Assembly (NCBI GenBank): GCA_016202395.1
Contig: JACQOV010000010.1
Location: 1-36,469 of the forward strand
Length of the DNA: 36,469 nucleotides
Direction of reading: 5' to 3'
From: Deltaproteobacteria bacterium
GTDB taxonomy: Bacteria > JACQOV01
In this document: positions 25,099-34,800 of the stretch, one piece after another
Layout: each line of letters starts with the position of its first letter
Position numbering within the stretch: the stretch's first letter is position 1
The notes under the pieces: model-generated
The model's database searches: none
The model's input: only the letters and a program-made list of their open reading frames with translations
Told to the model about the DNA's origin: nothing
Made by a program: the position numbers and the translations under genes

Positions 25099-25893
25099 TC
25101 AGCTCTCGAAAGCAATCCTGTAAAGCCCCATGTGCGTTAACTCCATGTCGAGTTTTTCAAAAACAGGCTTCCCAGAGACCGTCAGTTCGTTTTTCTCAGA
25201 AACGTAATCCATTCCCGAATAGTTTGTCTCCACGACAAAGCCAAGTATCTCACCCAAGAATTTGCTAAACCCTGTCTTTTCAAATAAAGTAACTACCGCG
25301 GGATGATCCCCTTCAAAGTTTCCCACCGCCTCTATGAATCCTAACGTCAGCCCTGCAGAGACACTTTTGATAGCTCTCTCTCTATATGCAAAACGAAGCG
25401 CCGCGACTCTATTATTCGGATGAATAAGATAGGCTCCTTGCATCACCTCTTTCTTTTGAGGATCCACCTGAAGCGAAAACTCTCCTAAACGACGGATGTA
25501 AGGGCCTCGATTCGGGTGCCCGATAGCATCGAGCGTCTTGCCACGAACCGTGAATTTGGAAAGATTTTCAGTGGTAGCTAAAAAATGGATCATCCGATCT
25601 TTATTGGGAAACGTTTCGACTTTTAACAGCACAAATGACAGCTCATTTTCTTCACCGGATTCTTCAAAATCCAAACGATTTAATACGGCAAAGATAGAGA
25701 TCGGCATCCTCCCCTTGCCTGTTGTGATAAGCTGCTGAGCCAGATCGGAGTGACTTTGAATGGTATACTCGAGAAACGGAATGCCATCGACAGAAGATTC
25801 CTTCACTCCCAATTCAAAGGCAATGACCCAACCACAATTCAAGAGAATAAGAAACGCTATCCCCAGTCGGAACCGAAAAGACGTTTTTATCAC
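25099..25893 (-). CDS. Hypothetical exported protein
   Basis: ~264 aa from GTG 25893 (GGAAGG RBS), directly after the deacylase stop; signal-peptide-like N terminus; no recognised motif. Confidence 0.6.
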   Translation of the reverse strand: MIKTSFRFRLGIAFLILLNCGWVIAFELGVKESSVDGIPFLEYTIQSHSDLAQQLITTGKGRMPISIFAVLNRLDFEESGEENELSFVLLKVETFPNKDRMIHFLATTENLSKFTVRGKTLDAIGHPNRGPYIRRLGEFSLQVDPQKKEVMQGAYLIHPNNRVAALRFAYRERAIKSVSAGLTLGFIEAVGNFEGDHPAVVTLFEKTGFSKFLGEILGFVVETNYSGMDYVSEKNELTVSGKPVFEKLDMELTHMGLYRIAFES

Positions 25894-25894
25894 T

Positions 25895-27484
25895 TTAACC
25901 TTCCTTCCTTCGGAGAACGTGACCCGCCATGGCGCTGGTGTGTTCATTCTGATCGATAGTGACCACTCCATTAACAATCACGTAAGGAATCCCCACAGGG
26001 TATTGATGAGGTTGAATGTAGGTCGCCTTGTCCTCCACTTTGGAAGGATCGATCAGAACCAAATCGGCATAAGCCCCTTTTTGAATAACACCGCGGTTTT
26101 TAAGATGGAATCGTCGGGCGGGACCACCCGTCATTTTCTGAATTGCTTGAGACCAGTCCACAACCTTTTTCTTTCGAACATATTCGCTAAGCATCCTTGG
26201 AAACGTGCCATAGGCTCGAGGATGAGGCTTCCCCTCAAAGAGAGGGCCTTCCGTGGCTCGCAATGCGGCATCCGAGGCAACAAAACAGTAATCTTTGGAA
26301 ATAATACGACAGAAGTTTTCCTCACTCATCGTAAAATAAATCGCAGTGGTTTGAGCCTCCTCCTCTTCTAAAATGGAATAAATCGCCTCGAAAACCTCTT
26401 GATTGCGTCTTTGAGCGCACTCTCTGAGAGTGAGCCCTTCTAAATCTTTGTTTTTAGGATTAAACGACTGAGCGATTCGGATCCGATCCCAATAATCCGG
26501 CTCCGGGTGATCTAGTAAAACCTCCCTTTCAATCCGTTTTCTAACCATGGAATCTCGAAGCCGAGTTAGCATCTCCGTTTTTGTTCCCTCCAAAACCCAT
26601 TCAGGAAAAACAGCCGATAGCCCCGTGTAGGAAGCCGTATAAGGGTAGCGGTCCGCCTGAACATCATGCCCCTGATTACGAGCCTCTTCGATAAGATCGA
26701 AAACAGGATCGATCTTGCTCCAATTCTGAGGACCCGAAGTTTTAAGATGAGAAATCTGAATTCCAATTTGAGCTTTTCGTCCGATCTCAATGGCCTCGGC
26801 AACCGCCTCAACCACCTTCTTCCCTTCACTCCGCATATGAAAAGCCATGAGCGATCGATAAGGCCTTAAAACTTTGGCCAATGCCACCATCTCCTCCGAA
26901 GTAGAAAAACAGGCGGGAGAATAGATCAGGCCGGTCGAAAGTCCCAAAGCCCCCTCCTCCATCCCCTGCTTCAAAAGCTGCTGCATTTTTTGGAGCTCTG
27001 CCTCGTTAGGAGGCCGATTGTCCCCATTCATCACAGAGGCACGAAGGGTGTTGTGACCGACCAATAAACCAAAATTGACGGAGATTTTCTGAGATTCGAG
27101 TTTATGGAAATATTCGGAAACACTTAACCAAGGGAGGCTCAAACCGTAGTATTTTTTAAATGATTTTTCCCGCTCACGAGCCAACGAATCCAAAATGGGA
27201 GCCGCCGCATAACCGCAATTCCCGCCGATTTCGGTTGTGACCCCTTGACGAACCTTGCTATCTGCCCGCGGCCAAATGCAGAGGTGATAGTCGGAATGGG
27301 AATGAACATCGATAAACCCTGGAGCGAGGATCAGCCCCCTTCCATCAATCACTCGTCTCGCTTTCGAGTTCTCAACCTTCCCCACCGCCTCCATTCGATC
27401 CTTATGAACAGCCACCGACCCCGTGAAGGAGGGCTTCCCCGTTCCATCGAAGATCTCCGCTTCTTCAATCAATAAATCCAGCAT
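25895..27484 (-). CDS. N-acyl-D-amino-acid deacylase (D-aminoacylase), amidohydrolase superfamily
   Basis: PGFIDVHSHSD, QGVTTEIGGNCG, GLSTGLIY.P, HMRSE, ISHLK, YPYTA, PHPRAYGTFPR, ADLVLIDP. Confidence 0.92.
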   Translation of the reverse strand: MLDLLIEEAEIFDGTGKPSFTGSVAVHKDRMEAVGKVENSKARRVIDGRGLILAPGFIDVHSHSDYHLCIWPRADSKVRQGVTTEIGGNCGYAAAPILDSLAREREKSFKKYYGLSLPWLSVSEYFHKLESQKISVNFGLLVGHNTLRASVMNGDNRPPNEAELQKMQQLLKQGMEEGALGLSTGLIYSPACFSTSEEMVALAKVLRPYRSLMAFHMRSEGKKVVEAVAEAIEIGRKAQIGIQISHLKTSGPQNWSKIDPVFDLIEEARNQGHDVQADRYPYTASYTGLSAVFPEWVLEGTKTEMLTRLRDSMVRKRIEREVLLDHPEPDYWDRIRIAQSFNPKNKDLEGLTLRECAQRRNQEVFEAIYSILEEEEAQTTAIYFTMSEENFCRIISKDYCFVASDAALRATEGPLFEGKPHPRAYGTFPRMLSEYVRKKKVVDWSQAIQKMTGGPARRFHLKNRGVIQKGAYADLVLIDPSKVEDKATYIQPHQYPVGIPYVIVNGVVTIDQNEHTSAMAGHVLRRKEG

Positions 27485-27493
27485 AGGTGCCTT

Positions 27494-27522
27494 ATGATAC
27501 CGATTCTTTTCAATCAGATCAA
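27494..27522 (-). promoter_or_regulatory. Possible sigma-70 promoter of the deacylase (very short leader)
   Basis: TTGATC-17 nt-TATCAT, 9 nt upstream of the ATG. Confidence 0.4.
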
Positions 27523-27770
27523 ATCTCTTGCATCACCCTACTTTTTTTAATAAAGTGAATCAGAGAATTTATTGAAAGGAGTATAAGTCATACCTTAAAG
27601 GACTATGTCAAAGCGCTTGTAGGAATCGCTAAAGGGCTTTATCCCAAAGGTTATCTCAAAAGGGAACGACGATCGTGGTAAGTGAGTTTACTCTAAAATC
27701 TTTTTTGGCTCATCGTGGAAGTGAGTGGGTAGAAAATGGTTAAAAAGCGTTTAAGGAGTGAGGTTTGTGG

Positions 27771-27907
27771 GTCATTCCCGCGGAAGCGGGAATCCAGAAC
27801 GTCATCCCCCTGAAAAGGGGGATCCAGTAATTTTATCATGTCCAATAGAGGAGGGGATCTCGAAGGGTTCAAAAGGGAGGCTGGATCCCCGCTTTCGCGG
27901 GGATGAC
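27771..27907. repeat. Cluster of three REP-like palindromes
   Basis: Units at 27771-27797 and 27801-27827 (forward) and 27881-27907 (inverted); same family as 2403-2485. Confidence 0.9.
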
Positions 27908-27925
27908 GGTGGACGAAGGGATTAA

Positions 27926-28993
27926 ATGTTATCTTCTATAAAAAATCTCTCTCAACCGGTGTTGTTCTGGTTCAAAAAACAATGGAATGCTGTCGAGAAC
28001 CTTTCGATTGAAAAGCTGGCGGGGGATGCGTCGAATCGGAGCTATTATCGGATTCGGTCTTCCAATAACCGATCGGTTATTTGGATGAAGCTGAACTCGA
28101 CCGATCCAGGGATTCAAAGCGAGGAGATTGTGGCTGCCAGCCAAAAACAAACAGAGCTCCCTTTCATTAATATTCACCGCCATCTCAAAAACTGCGGGAT
28201 TCGCGTTCCCGAAATCCTCCTGTACGATCCGGGTTCTGGATCTCTTTTGCTCCAAGATTTAGGAGACGTTTTGCTGGCCCATCGGGTCTACAAGGCCTCG
28301 GAGGCCACTCAAAGAGAGCTCTATCGCCAAGCCATTGATCAACTCGTTCAGATCCAAATCAAGGCTTCTCAACCTCCCAAAGTGGGACAGTGCTACGCTT
28401 TTAATCTTCTCTTTGACGAAAAGCTATTTCTCTGGGAGTTTCATCACTTTCTAGAGTATCTGATTGAAAAGGGAAGAGGGATCTCCGTCTCCAACGGAGA
28501 CCGCTCCATCCTTGAAGAGGGGTTTGTCGCGATCTCGAAACGTCTAGGAAGCGAGCCTCGCTCTTTTGTTCATCGAGATTACCACAGTCGAAACCTGCTG
28601 TTAGAGAACGATCGCCTTTGGGTGATCGATTTTCAGGACGCGCTTTTGGGCCCTTACGCCTATGACCTCGCTTCCCTGTTGAGAGATTCTTACGTAGAAA
28701 TCTCTCAAGAACTCGTTCAAGAGTTGGTGGCCTATTATCTTGAAAAGTGGGTCCAAGAAGGGGGCCCTCCGCGGGAAATCTCCGATTTTAGTGAGACCTT
28801 TCACCTCGCCGTATTTCAAAGAAATCTCAAAGCGGCAGGCCGATTCCATTACATCGATATCGTCAAAAAGAATCCAAATTATCTTAAATCCGTTCCACAG
28901 GCATTGGCCAACGCGCGTGAAAGTTTAAAGGAGATAGAAGGTTTGGACCGGTTTCGTAAAATTCTAACCAAATGGGCGCCGGAGCTTGCATGA
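27926..28993 (+). CDS. amgK: Anomeric MurNAc/GlcNAc kinase AmgK-like (APH fold)
   Basis: LAGDASNRSYYR, LQDLGD, HRDYHSRNL, IDFQDAL.GP..YDLASLLRD, QRNLKA.G.F; coupled to a nucleotidyltransferase. Confidence 0.85.
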   Translation: MLSSIKNLSQPVLFWFKKQWNAVENLSIEKLAGDASNRSYYRIRSSNNRSVIWMKLNSTDPGIQSEEIVAASQKQTELPFINIHRHLKNCGIRVPEILLYDPGSGSLLLQDLGDVLLAHRVYKASEATQRELYRQAIDQLVQIQIKASQPPKVGQCYAFNLLFDEKLFLWEFHHFLEYLIEKGRGISVSNGDRSILEEGFVAISKRLGSEPRSFVHRDYHSRNLLLENDRLWVIDFQDALLGPYAYDLASLLRDSYVEISQELVQELVAYYLEKWVQEGGPPREISDFSETFHLAVFQRNLKAAGRFHYIDIVKKNPNYLKSVPQALANARESLKEIEGLDRFRKILTKWAPELA

Positions 28994-29754
28994 TGAAAGC
29001 CATGATTCTCGCCGCAGGGCTCGGAACGCGACTGCAACCTCACACACATCATACTCCGAAGCCCTTGCTCCAAATTCACGGAGAACCGATCCTCTATTAC
29101 ACCCTGCGATGGCTAAAACATTATGGAGTTCAAGAGGTGTGGGTTAATCTTCACCACTTAGGGGAACAGATCGAAAAAATTCTGGGAGAGGGATCTCGCT
29201 TTGGTTTGACGATCCGCTACTCTAAAGAGAACTCACTGCTAGGGACTGCGGGAGGGGTTCGGCATGCCGTGGAGAGGTTCAAGAATCAACGACTTCTGGT
29301 TGTCAACAGCGACTTTGTCTCAACCATCAACCTGAAAGCTTTAATGGAATACCACCATAAAAAAGGGGGAATGGCCACACTCGTTTTGAGAAAGAATCCC
29401 GATCCCTCCCTTTACGGAAAGATTTCGATCGATCGACAGGGACGCATCCGAGATCTTCTGGGCCGTCTCCAACCTCCCTTCAAAGATTTAAAAGAGCTCA
29501 TGTTCACGGGGATTCAGATTTTGGAGCCGGAACTGATCCAAGAAATCCCCTCTGGAAATTACTCCCTCACCGATCTTTATCTGAAGGCCATTGAAAAAGA
29601 TAAGCCGCTCTATGGGCGCCGGACCGAGGAATGGTGGGTCGACCTGGGAACTTTAGAACAATTTGACAAGGCTCCCCAGCAAATTAAGCGGGAACAGCTC
29701 CCCTTCTATCTAAAGGGCGCCTCTAAAAACTATGTTCGTGACGAAAAATCATGA
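28990..29754 (+). CDS. murU: MurNAc-1-phosphate uridylyltransferase MurU-like nucleotidyltransferase
   Basis: KAMILAAGLGTRL.P.T..TPKPLL, NLHHLGEQI, LGTAGG, VNSD, WVDLGT; ATGA overlap with amgK. Confidence 0.8.
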   Translation: MMKAMILAAGLGTRLQPHTHHTPKPLLQIHGEPILYYTLRWLKHYGVQEVWVNLHHLGEQIEKILGEGSRFGLTIRYSKENSLLGTAGGVRHAVERFKNQRLLVVNSDFVSTINLKALMEYHHKKGGMATLVLRKNPDPSLYGKISIDRQGRIRDLLGRLQPPFKDLKELMFTGIQILEPELIQEIPSGNYSLTDLYLKAIEKDKPLYGRRTEEWWVDLGTLEQFDKAPQQIKREQLPFYLKGASKNYVRDEKS

Positions 29755-29803
29755 TTTGAGCCGCGACCCAGCCACAGACTGGGTGCCCCGGAAAGAAGCC
29801 ATC

Positions 29804-30556
29804 TCATCTTTTTTTAAGAGGCAACCCTGCGTCCCCTACAGGGTCGGTCTCATCTTGGATAAATCGACTCAGATTCTTAAGCTCCTCACGCAACCGCTCC
29901 ATCTCCGGCGCTGCGATCCCGATCATCTTGATCGCTTGCTCGAACATCTCTCGCTTCTCAGCGTCACTGAGCTTCCCACTCTGATACTGCGTCGCCATCT
30001 CCCCCAACATCTGATAACACGTATACACCGGCGTCATCGGATTCCGAAGGTTGTGTCCTAACTCATTCACGACTCTGTGACGGGATTCTAATCGGGCAAT
30101 GGCAACATCCTTCTCCTTCGATAACTTGACCTGATCTACCAAATCCCTCAACTCTTTGTTCTGCCTCTGTATCACTTCCTCCTTCAAATAATTCTGGTAA
30201 CACAGGTTGAGAAGGCTTAAGACCTCCGATTCTTTCCCATCGAGGGGCTTGCGCACATAACCTTGCACTTTCCCTTCATTGACCGCTTGAATCACTAAGG
30301 CCTCTCCTTCCTGGGCCGTGAGCATGATCCGGGGAACGTGAGGCGAAATCCTCTGTGCCTCTTTTAAAAACTCGATCCCATTCATCCCTTGCATCTCCTG
30401 ATCCGCTACCACCACATGAATGGCGTTCTTCTCAAGAACCTCTACCCCCTTCGGTCCAGAGTCCGCGGGGATCACCTTAAAAAACTTCCCCAGCTTCTGC
30501 TCAAATCGCTCCAGCTGCATCCGATCATCATCCACATAAAGCACGGTCGCATTCAT
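29804..30556 (-). CDS. Receiver + coiled coil + HisKA-like (DHp) protein with no HATPase domain (paralog 2)
   Basis: Canonical REC (YVDDD, VADQEM, LTAQ, RKP); H-box-like NELGHNLRNP; ATG 30556 overlaps the upstream stop (ATGA); GGAGG RBS. Confidence 0.88.
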   Translation of the reverse strand: MNATVLYVDDDRMQLERFEQKLGKFFKVIPADSGPKGVEVLEKNAIHVVVADQEMQGMNGIEFLKEAQRISPHVPRIMLTAQEGEALVIQAVNEGKVQGYVRKPLDGKESEVLSLLNLCYQNYLKEEVIQRQNKELRDLVDQVKLSKEKDVAIARLESRHRVVNELGHNLRNPMTPVYTCYQMLGEMATQYQSGKLSDAEKREMFEQAIKMIGIAAPEMERLREELKNLSRFIQDETDPVGDAGLPLKKR

Positions 30557-31857
30557 CGCGGGCCTCCTTCGGAAAGGGGGGCTTCCACTGGGAGCCAAAC
30601 GGTAAACTCTGTCCAAGACCCCAGCTCACTCTCCACCGAAATGGTCCCCCCATGGGATTCTACCACCTGCTTCACAATCGCCATCCCCAGGCCCATTCCC
30701 TCCCCCTCTTTCTTGGTGGTGTAAAAAGGATCGAAGACTCGCTGCCTCACCTCCTCACTCATGCCAGACCCATTGTCTCGAATCTTCACCTCGATCCCAA
30801 CTCTCTTCTCTCTCTCTTGAGACTGAGCCTGAATCCCAATCTCTCCTCTCCCCCCTCGACACCTCTCACAATTCAAAACAGCCGCTCCGGAGTTCCCCAA
30901 AAGATTCGACCAAATCCTGACAATCTCCCCCCCTCGAGCCCGAATCTTCGGAATTAAATCATAGACCCGCTTCACCTCAATCCGCCCTCTCCAACGAGTC
31001 GCATACAACTTGAGAATCTTATCAATCCCCGAAACCACATCCACCTCCTCCACCTTCCCCACGCTCCTCCCATACGCATTTAACCCCTCCACCATGTTCC
31101 CCATCAATTCTACAGCCACTTGGATATCCTGTTCCACGAATCCCTTTAACTCCTCATAAATCCCCTTCCCCTTCTCCTGAACAAAGGGGCCCAGCTTCTC
31201 GATTCGATCTCTCAAGAGATCTCTAAAAGTCTGAAAGGAATCATAGGGACCCTTTAAATCATGGGCGACCTGGGTGGACATCTTCCCAATAAGCCCAAAT
31301 TTTTGCTCCTCAAATAATTGCCTCGTCCTCTCCTCCACCCGCTTCTCTAAATGGTGCGAATACTCTTCCAGCTTCGCCCGGGCTTGTCCCAATGCCTCAT
31401 TCTTCTGGGTTAACTCATCGTTCTGATGACTGATTTTCTCATAGGCTTGTTCCAACTGCCGATTCTTCTTTTTTAATTCCATACGTAGATCATATACTTC
31501 CAACACCTGATTCAAATAATTGATGAACAATTTTTCTTGACCCACCAGTGGCTTTTGAAAGTAACCCCATACATGGGCTTGATTAATCGCCTCCGTCATC
31601 AAAGAAACATTCTTATACGCCGTCAGCATAATCCGTATCGTCTCAGGATAAAGAACCTGCACTTGCTTGAGAAATTCAATTCCGTTGATCGGATCCATCT
31701 TGTAATCGGCTACTACAATAGGAATCTCCCTTTCCCGAAGATATTTTAAGGCCTCCTCCACCGTCTGAGCGGTAATCACCTCATATCGACCTTCTAAAAG
31801 CAGCCTAAAACTCTCTAATGCCGACGCATCATCATCTAAAAAAAGAATAGATCTCAT
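30553..31857 (-). CDS. Cytoplasmic hybrid histidine kinase (REC - coiled coil - HisKA - HATPase)
   Basis: REC (FLDDD, VADYKM, LTAY, QKP), H-box AHDLKGP, NLLGNS, DNGSGM, FDPFYTTK, GMGLG. Confidence 0.92.
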   Translation of the reverse strand: MRSILFLDDDASALESFRLLLEGRYEVITAQTVEEALKYLREREIPIVVADYKMDPINGIEFLKQVQVLYPETIRIMLTAYKNVSLMTEAINQAHVWGYFQKPLVGQEKLFINYLNQVLEVYDLRMELKKKNRQLEQAYEKISHQNDELTQKNEALGQARAKLEEYSHHLEKRVEERTRQLFEEQKFGLIGKMSTQVAHDLKGPYDSFQTFRDLLRDRIEKLGPFVQEKGKGIYEELKGFVEQDIQVAVELMGNMVEGLNAYGRSVGKVEEVDVVSGIDKILKLYATRWRGRIEVKRVYDLIPKIRARGGEIVRIWSNLLGNSGAAVLNCERCRGGRGEIGIQAQSQEREKRVGIEVKIRDNGSGMSEEVRQRVFDPFYTTKKEGEGMGLGMAIVKQVVESHGGTISVESELGSWTEFTVWLPVEAPLSEGGPR

Positions 31858-31880
31858 GGGCCCCTCCTGGTATTATCTAC

Positions 31881-34800
31881 CTATAGAACAACTTCGTTCT
31901 CCTCCTTTTTATCATTTTCGTCAGAAACTTCAAGGTGAAGTGGTAAAATCACTTTAAACTCCGACCCTTTTTGAACTTCACTTTCAACCTCAATCTTCCC
32001 TTGGTGTCGCTCTACAATGCGATAAGTGATACTCAATCCCAATCCAATACCTTGTCCAGGAGGTTTGGTAGTAAAAAAAGGATTGAACAGCTGGCTCAAA
32101 TTTTCCTTAGGAATTCCACAACCTGTATCTTTGATAGAAACAGAAAACAACTTTTCTCCTCGCTCGGTACGAATCCATATATCTCCTTCTTTATTCATCG
32201 CAGAAATTGCGTTAGTGAGAAGGTTCATCCAAATTTGGTTGGGTTCGCCTCCCCTGGCCTGAAGCCATCCATCCGCACAATATTCCTTATGGATCCGTAT
32301 GCGCCCCTTCAATTGATGCTCCAGCAGCCTCAAAGTGGCATCTAACCCTTCATGTACATCATAATCCACAATCGCAGTCATACCCGAATAGGCAAACTTC
32401 CCTAAACTCTCAGTTACCTCCGCAGCTCTGATCACACCCTCTCTCGCCAAATCTAATATCTTTAAATCCTCCGCTTTTTCTTTGGAAGGCAAATTGCTCG
32501 ATTCAAGTCGATCTCGCAATGCCATGACACTAAGGCCAATCGTGTTCAAAGGATTATTCACTTCATGCGCCAAACCCGCCGAAAGCTGGCCAAGAGCAGC
32601 CATTTTTTCCTGCTGAATGAGCATCTGCGTTTGCTCTTCCACTTTCTCCTCCAGATTCTTAGCGTAATCCTTGAGTTTTACTTGAGCTTGTTTTAATTCT
32701 CCATGAGTTTGCACTAGTTCTTTTGCCTGTTTTTCCACGTCCTGTTTGGCACTACCTAAGGCTCGATAGGCAGAAGCTAATTCCAATGAACGTTTCTTAA
32801 ATTGCGTTCCCAAAAATCCAGCCCCATACCCCAGAAACACCATCGATCCTCCCATTAACCAAAAATGAAGGGCGCCAATTTGAACTCCACTAAAATGAAC
32901 AGATCCCATATATCCTAATAAGGACCACACTCCTAATAAGATCCCACCCCAAACATCCAGAATTAATCCCGCATAAACCACCACGATTGAATAAATTAAT
33001 AGGAGTGACGGAAAAGCCGCAACATTGAATAAATCAATCAACACACTAATCATCACTACATCTACCACCATGGCCAATACAGTCATTGCAGTGGCCAGCC
33101 TATCGTACCGTGCTAGAAAAAAATAAACTCCGCTCAATGAGAACTGAACAAGCGCTGTAACTAAAATCGGCTTTAATGGAACCGAGATAACCTCTAATAC
33201 CGAAAACGAGACCACAAAAATAACCAGGATTAAATTTAGAGCAACACGCAGGTAAATATGAGGCGCTTGGGAACCACGGGTCAGCCAATTTGAAAGAGGC
33301 TCTATCTCCCATTCTTTTTCAAAGACCCGAATCTGGTCTTTTTTTTTCCGCTGCAATGGACGAAAGAGGATCAGAGAGGCTGGAAGAACAAAAAGATCAC
33401 CCAAAAGAGCGGCGATGACTGCAAAGCTCGATAATAATCCAAATCGCGCCACGGGAAGATAACCTGAGAAACCCAACACCGAAAAACCAACCGTGAGTAC
33501 CAAGGCCGTAAATAGGATCGGCCTCCCCACGACTTGCAAAGTATTACGAATCGCATCTTCGTAACTCACTCCTTCTTCTATTTCTCTGCGCCAACGGAAG
33601 ACATAATGAACCGTATCATCAATAACGATCCCAAAAAGAATGCTCGCAATCATGGCTGTTCCCACATCCAGCGCAATCCCCAGCCATCCCATGAGCCCCA
33701 AAGTAATAACGATGGGAAACAGGTTTGGTATTAAACTTAAAATGCCCAATGAAAAGGACCGAAGAACAAACAACATAACAACACAGATTAAAACGAAGGC
33801 CACGGTAAACGACTTTATCTGGCCAGTTAACAATAAGTGCACCAGGTGAATGTCTATAACAGACCCTCCAGTCATCTGAACTGTCATAGGGGTCTTCAAA
33901 AGAGAGGGAACCTCTCCAGAGATTTTCTTCAGAACCGTATCGGTCTCTCCGGAAGGCATAAAACGCAATGAGGTCCAAATGTTGGCCTTCGAAAGATCAT
34001 TATTGACTACTAATCGACTATAGGGAGATCCTTCCGTTAAGGCTAGCAATCGACCTGGATTACTGTCAGGCAGGCGATACTCAGAAATATCACCTCCTTG
34101 AAAGGCTTGATGAGTGCCTTTAATAGCATCCACAATCGAGAACGTATTTCCAACCTCTGGAAGTTCCTCCAAGTATTCTTCTACACGATCGATATCTTTT
34201 AATACTTCTGCATCCATCAACCCTTCAGGCTTTCCTGTGTCTAAAACCAGCCATGTTGGAACCCAACCCCCTTGATGAAGATCCACGGTATGCAACGCCT
34301 GCACCCACTCCGATTCTTCTGGAAAAAGTCGATCAGCATGCGTATCCGCCTCCAATTTCGTAATTCCCCACATAAAAAAGCCCATCACAATAATTGCCAA
34401 ACTAAAAATCGCCATGGGAAACCGAATGGGCCACTCCGCTAAACGTCCCATGAGTCTCTCACTCAACCATCCCTCCATACGAAAAGAAGAGACCTCCTGG
34501 GACTCAGATTCGCCTCCTAGGGCATAAACCCATAAAATAAAAGTGATCAGAAGTAACACAGCCATGCCAAAGGCCGCTACCACTCCAAACTGTTGGATTG
34601 CAGCCAGATCGGCAGCGCCCAGAGAAACAATTCCGAGAAAGGCCGTTAAAGTATTCAAAATACATGGCGGACCTACCTCTCGAAGGGTGATGGCAATTGC
34701 TTCTTTTTTGGGAGTTGTTTTAATCAACATGCGATAATGGGAAATGAGATGTAGAATATCCATCGCGCCATAAATTAAAAAAATAACAAGAAGGGCTTGA

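Noticed and set aside
29766-29784. Hairpin ACCCAG-ccacaga-CTGGGT between convergent genes as a terminator
   Set aside because: Short stem with no adjacent U-tract on either strand; too weak to call.
33100-33312. ATG-initiated 70-aa ORF at the fusion junction as a separate kinase start
   Set aside because: It is in a different frame from the kinase and terminates early.
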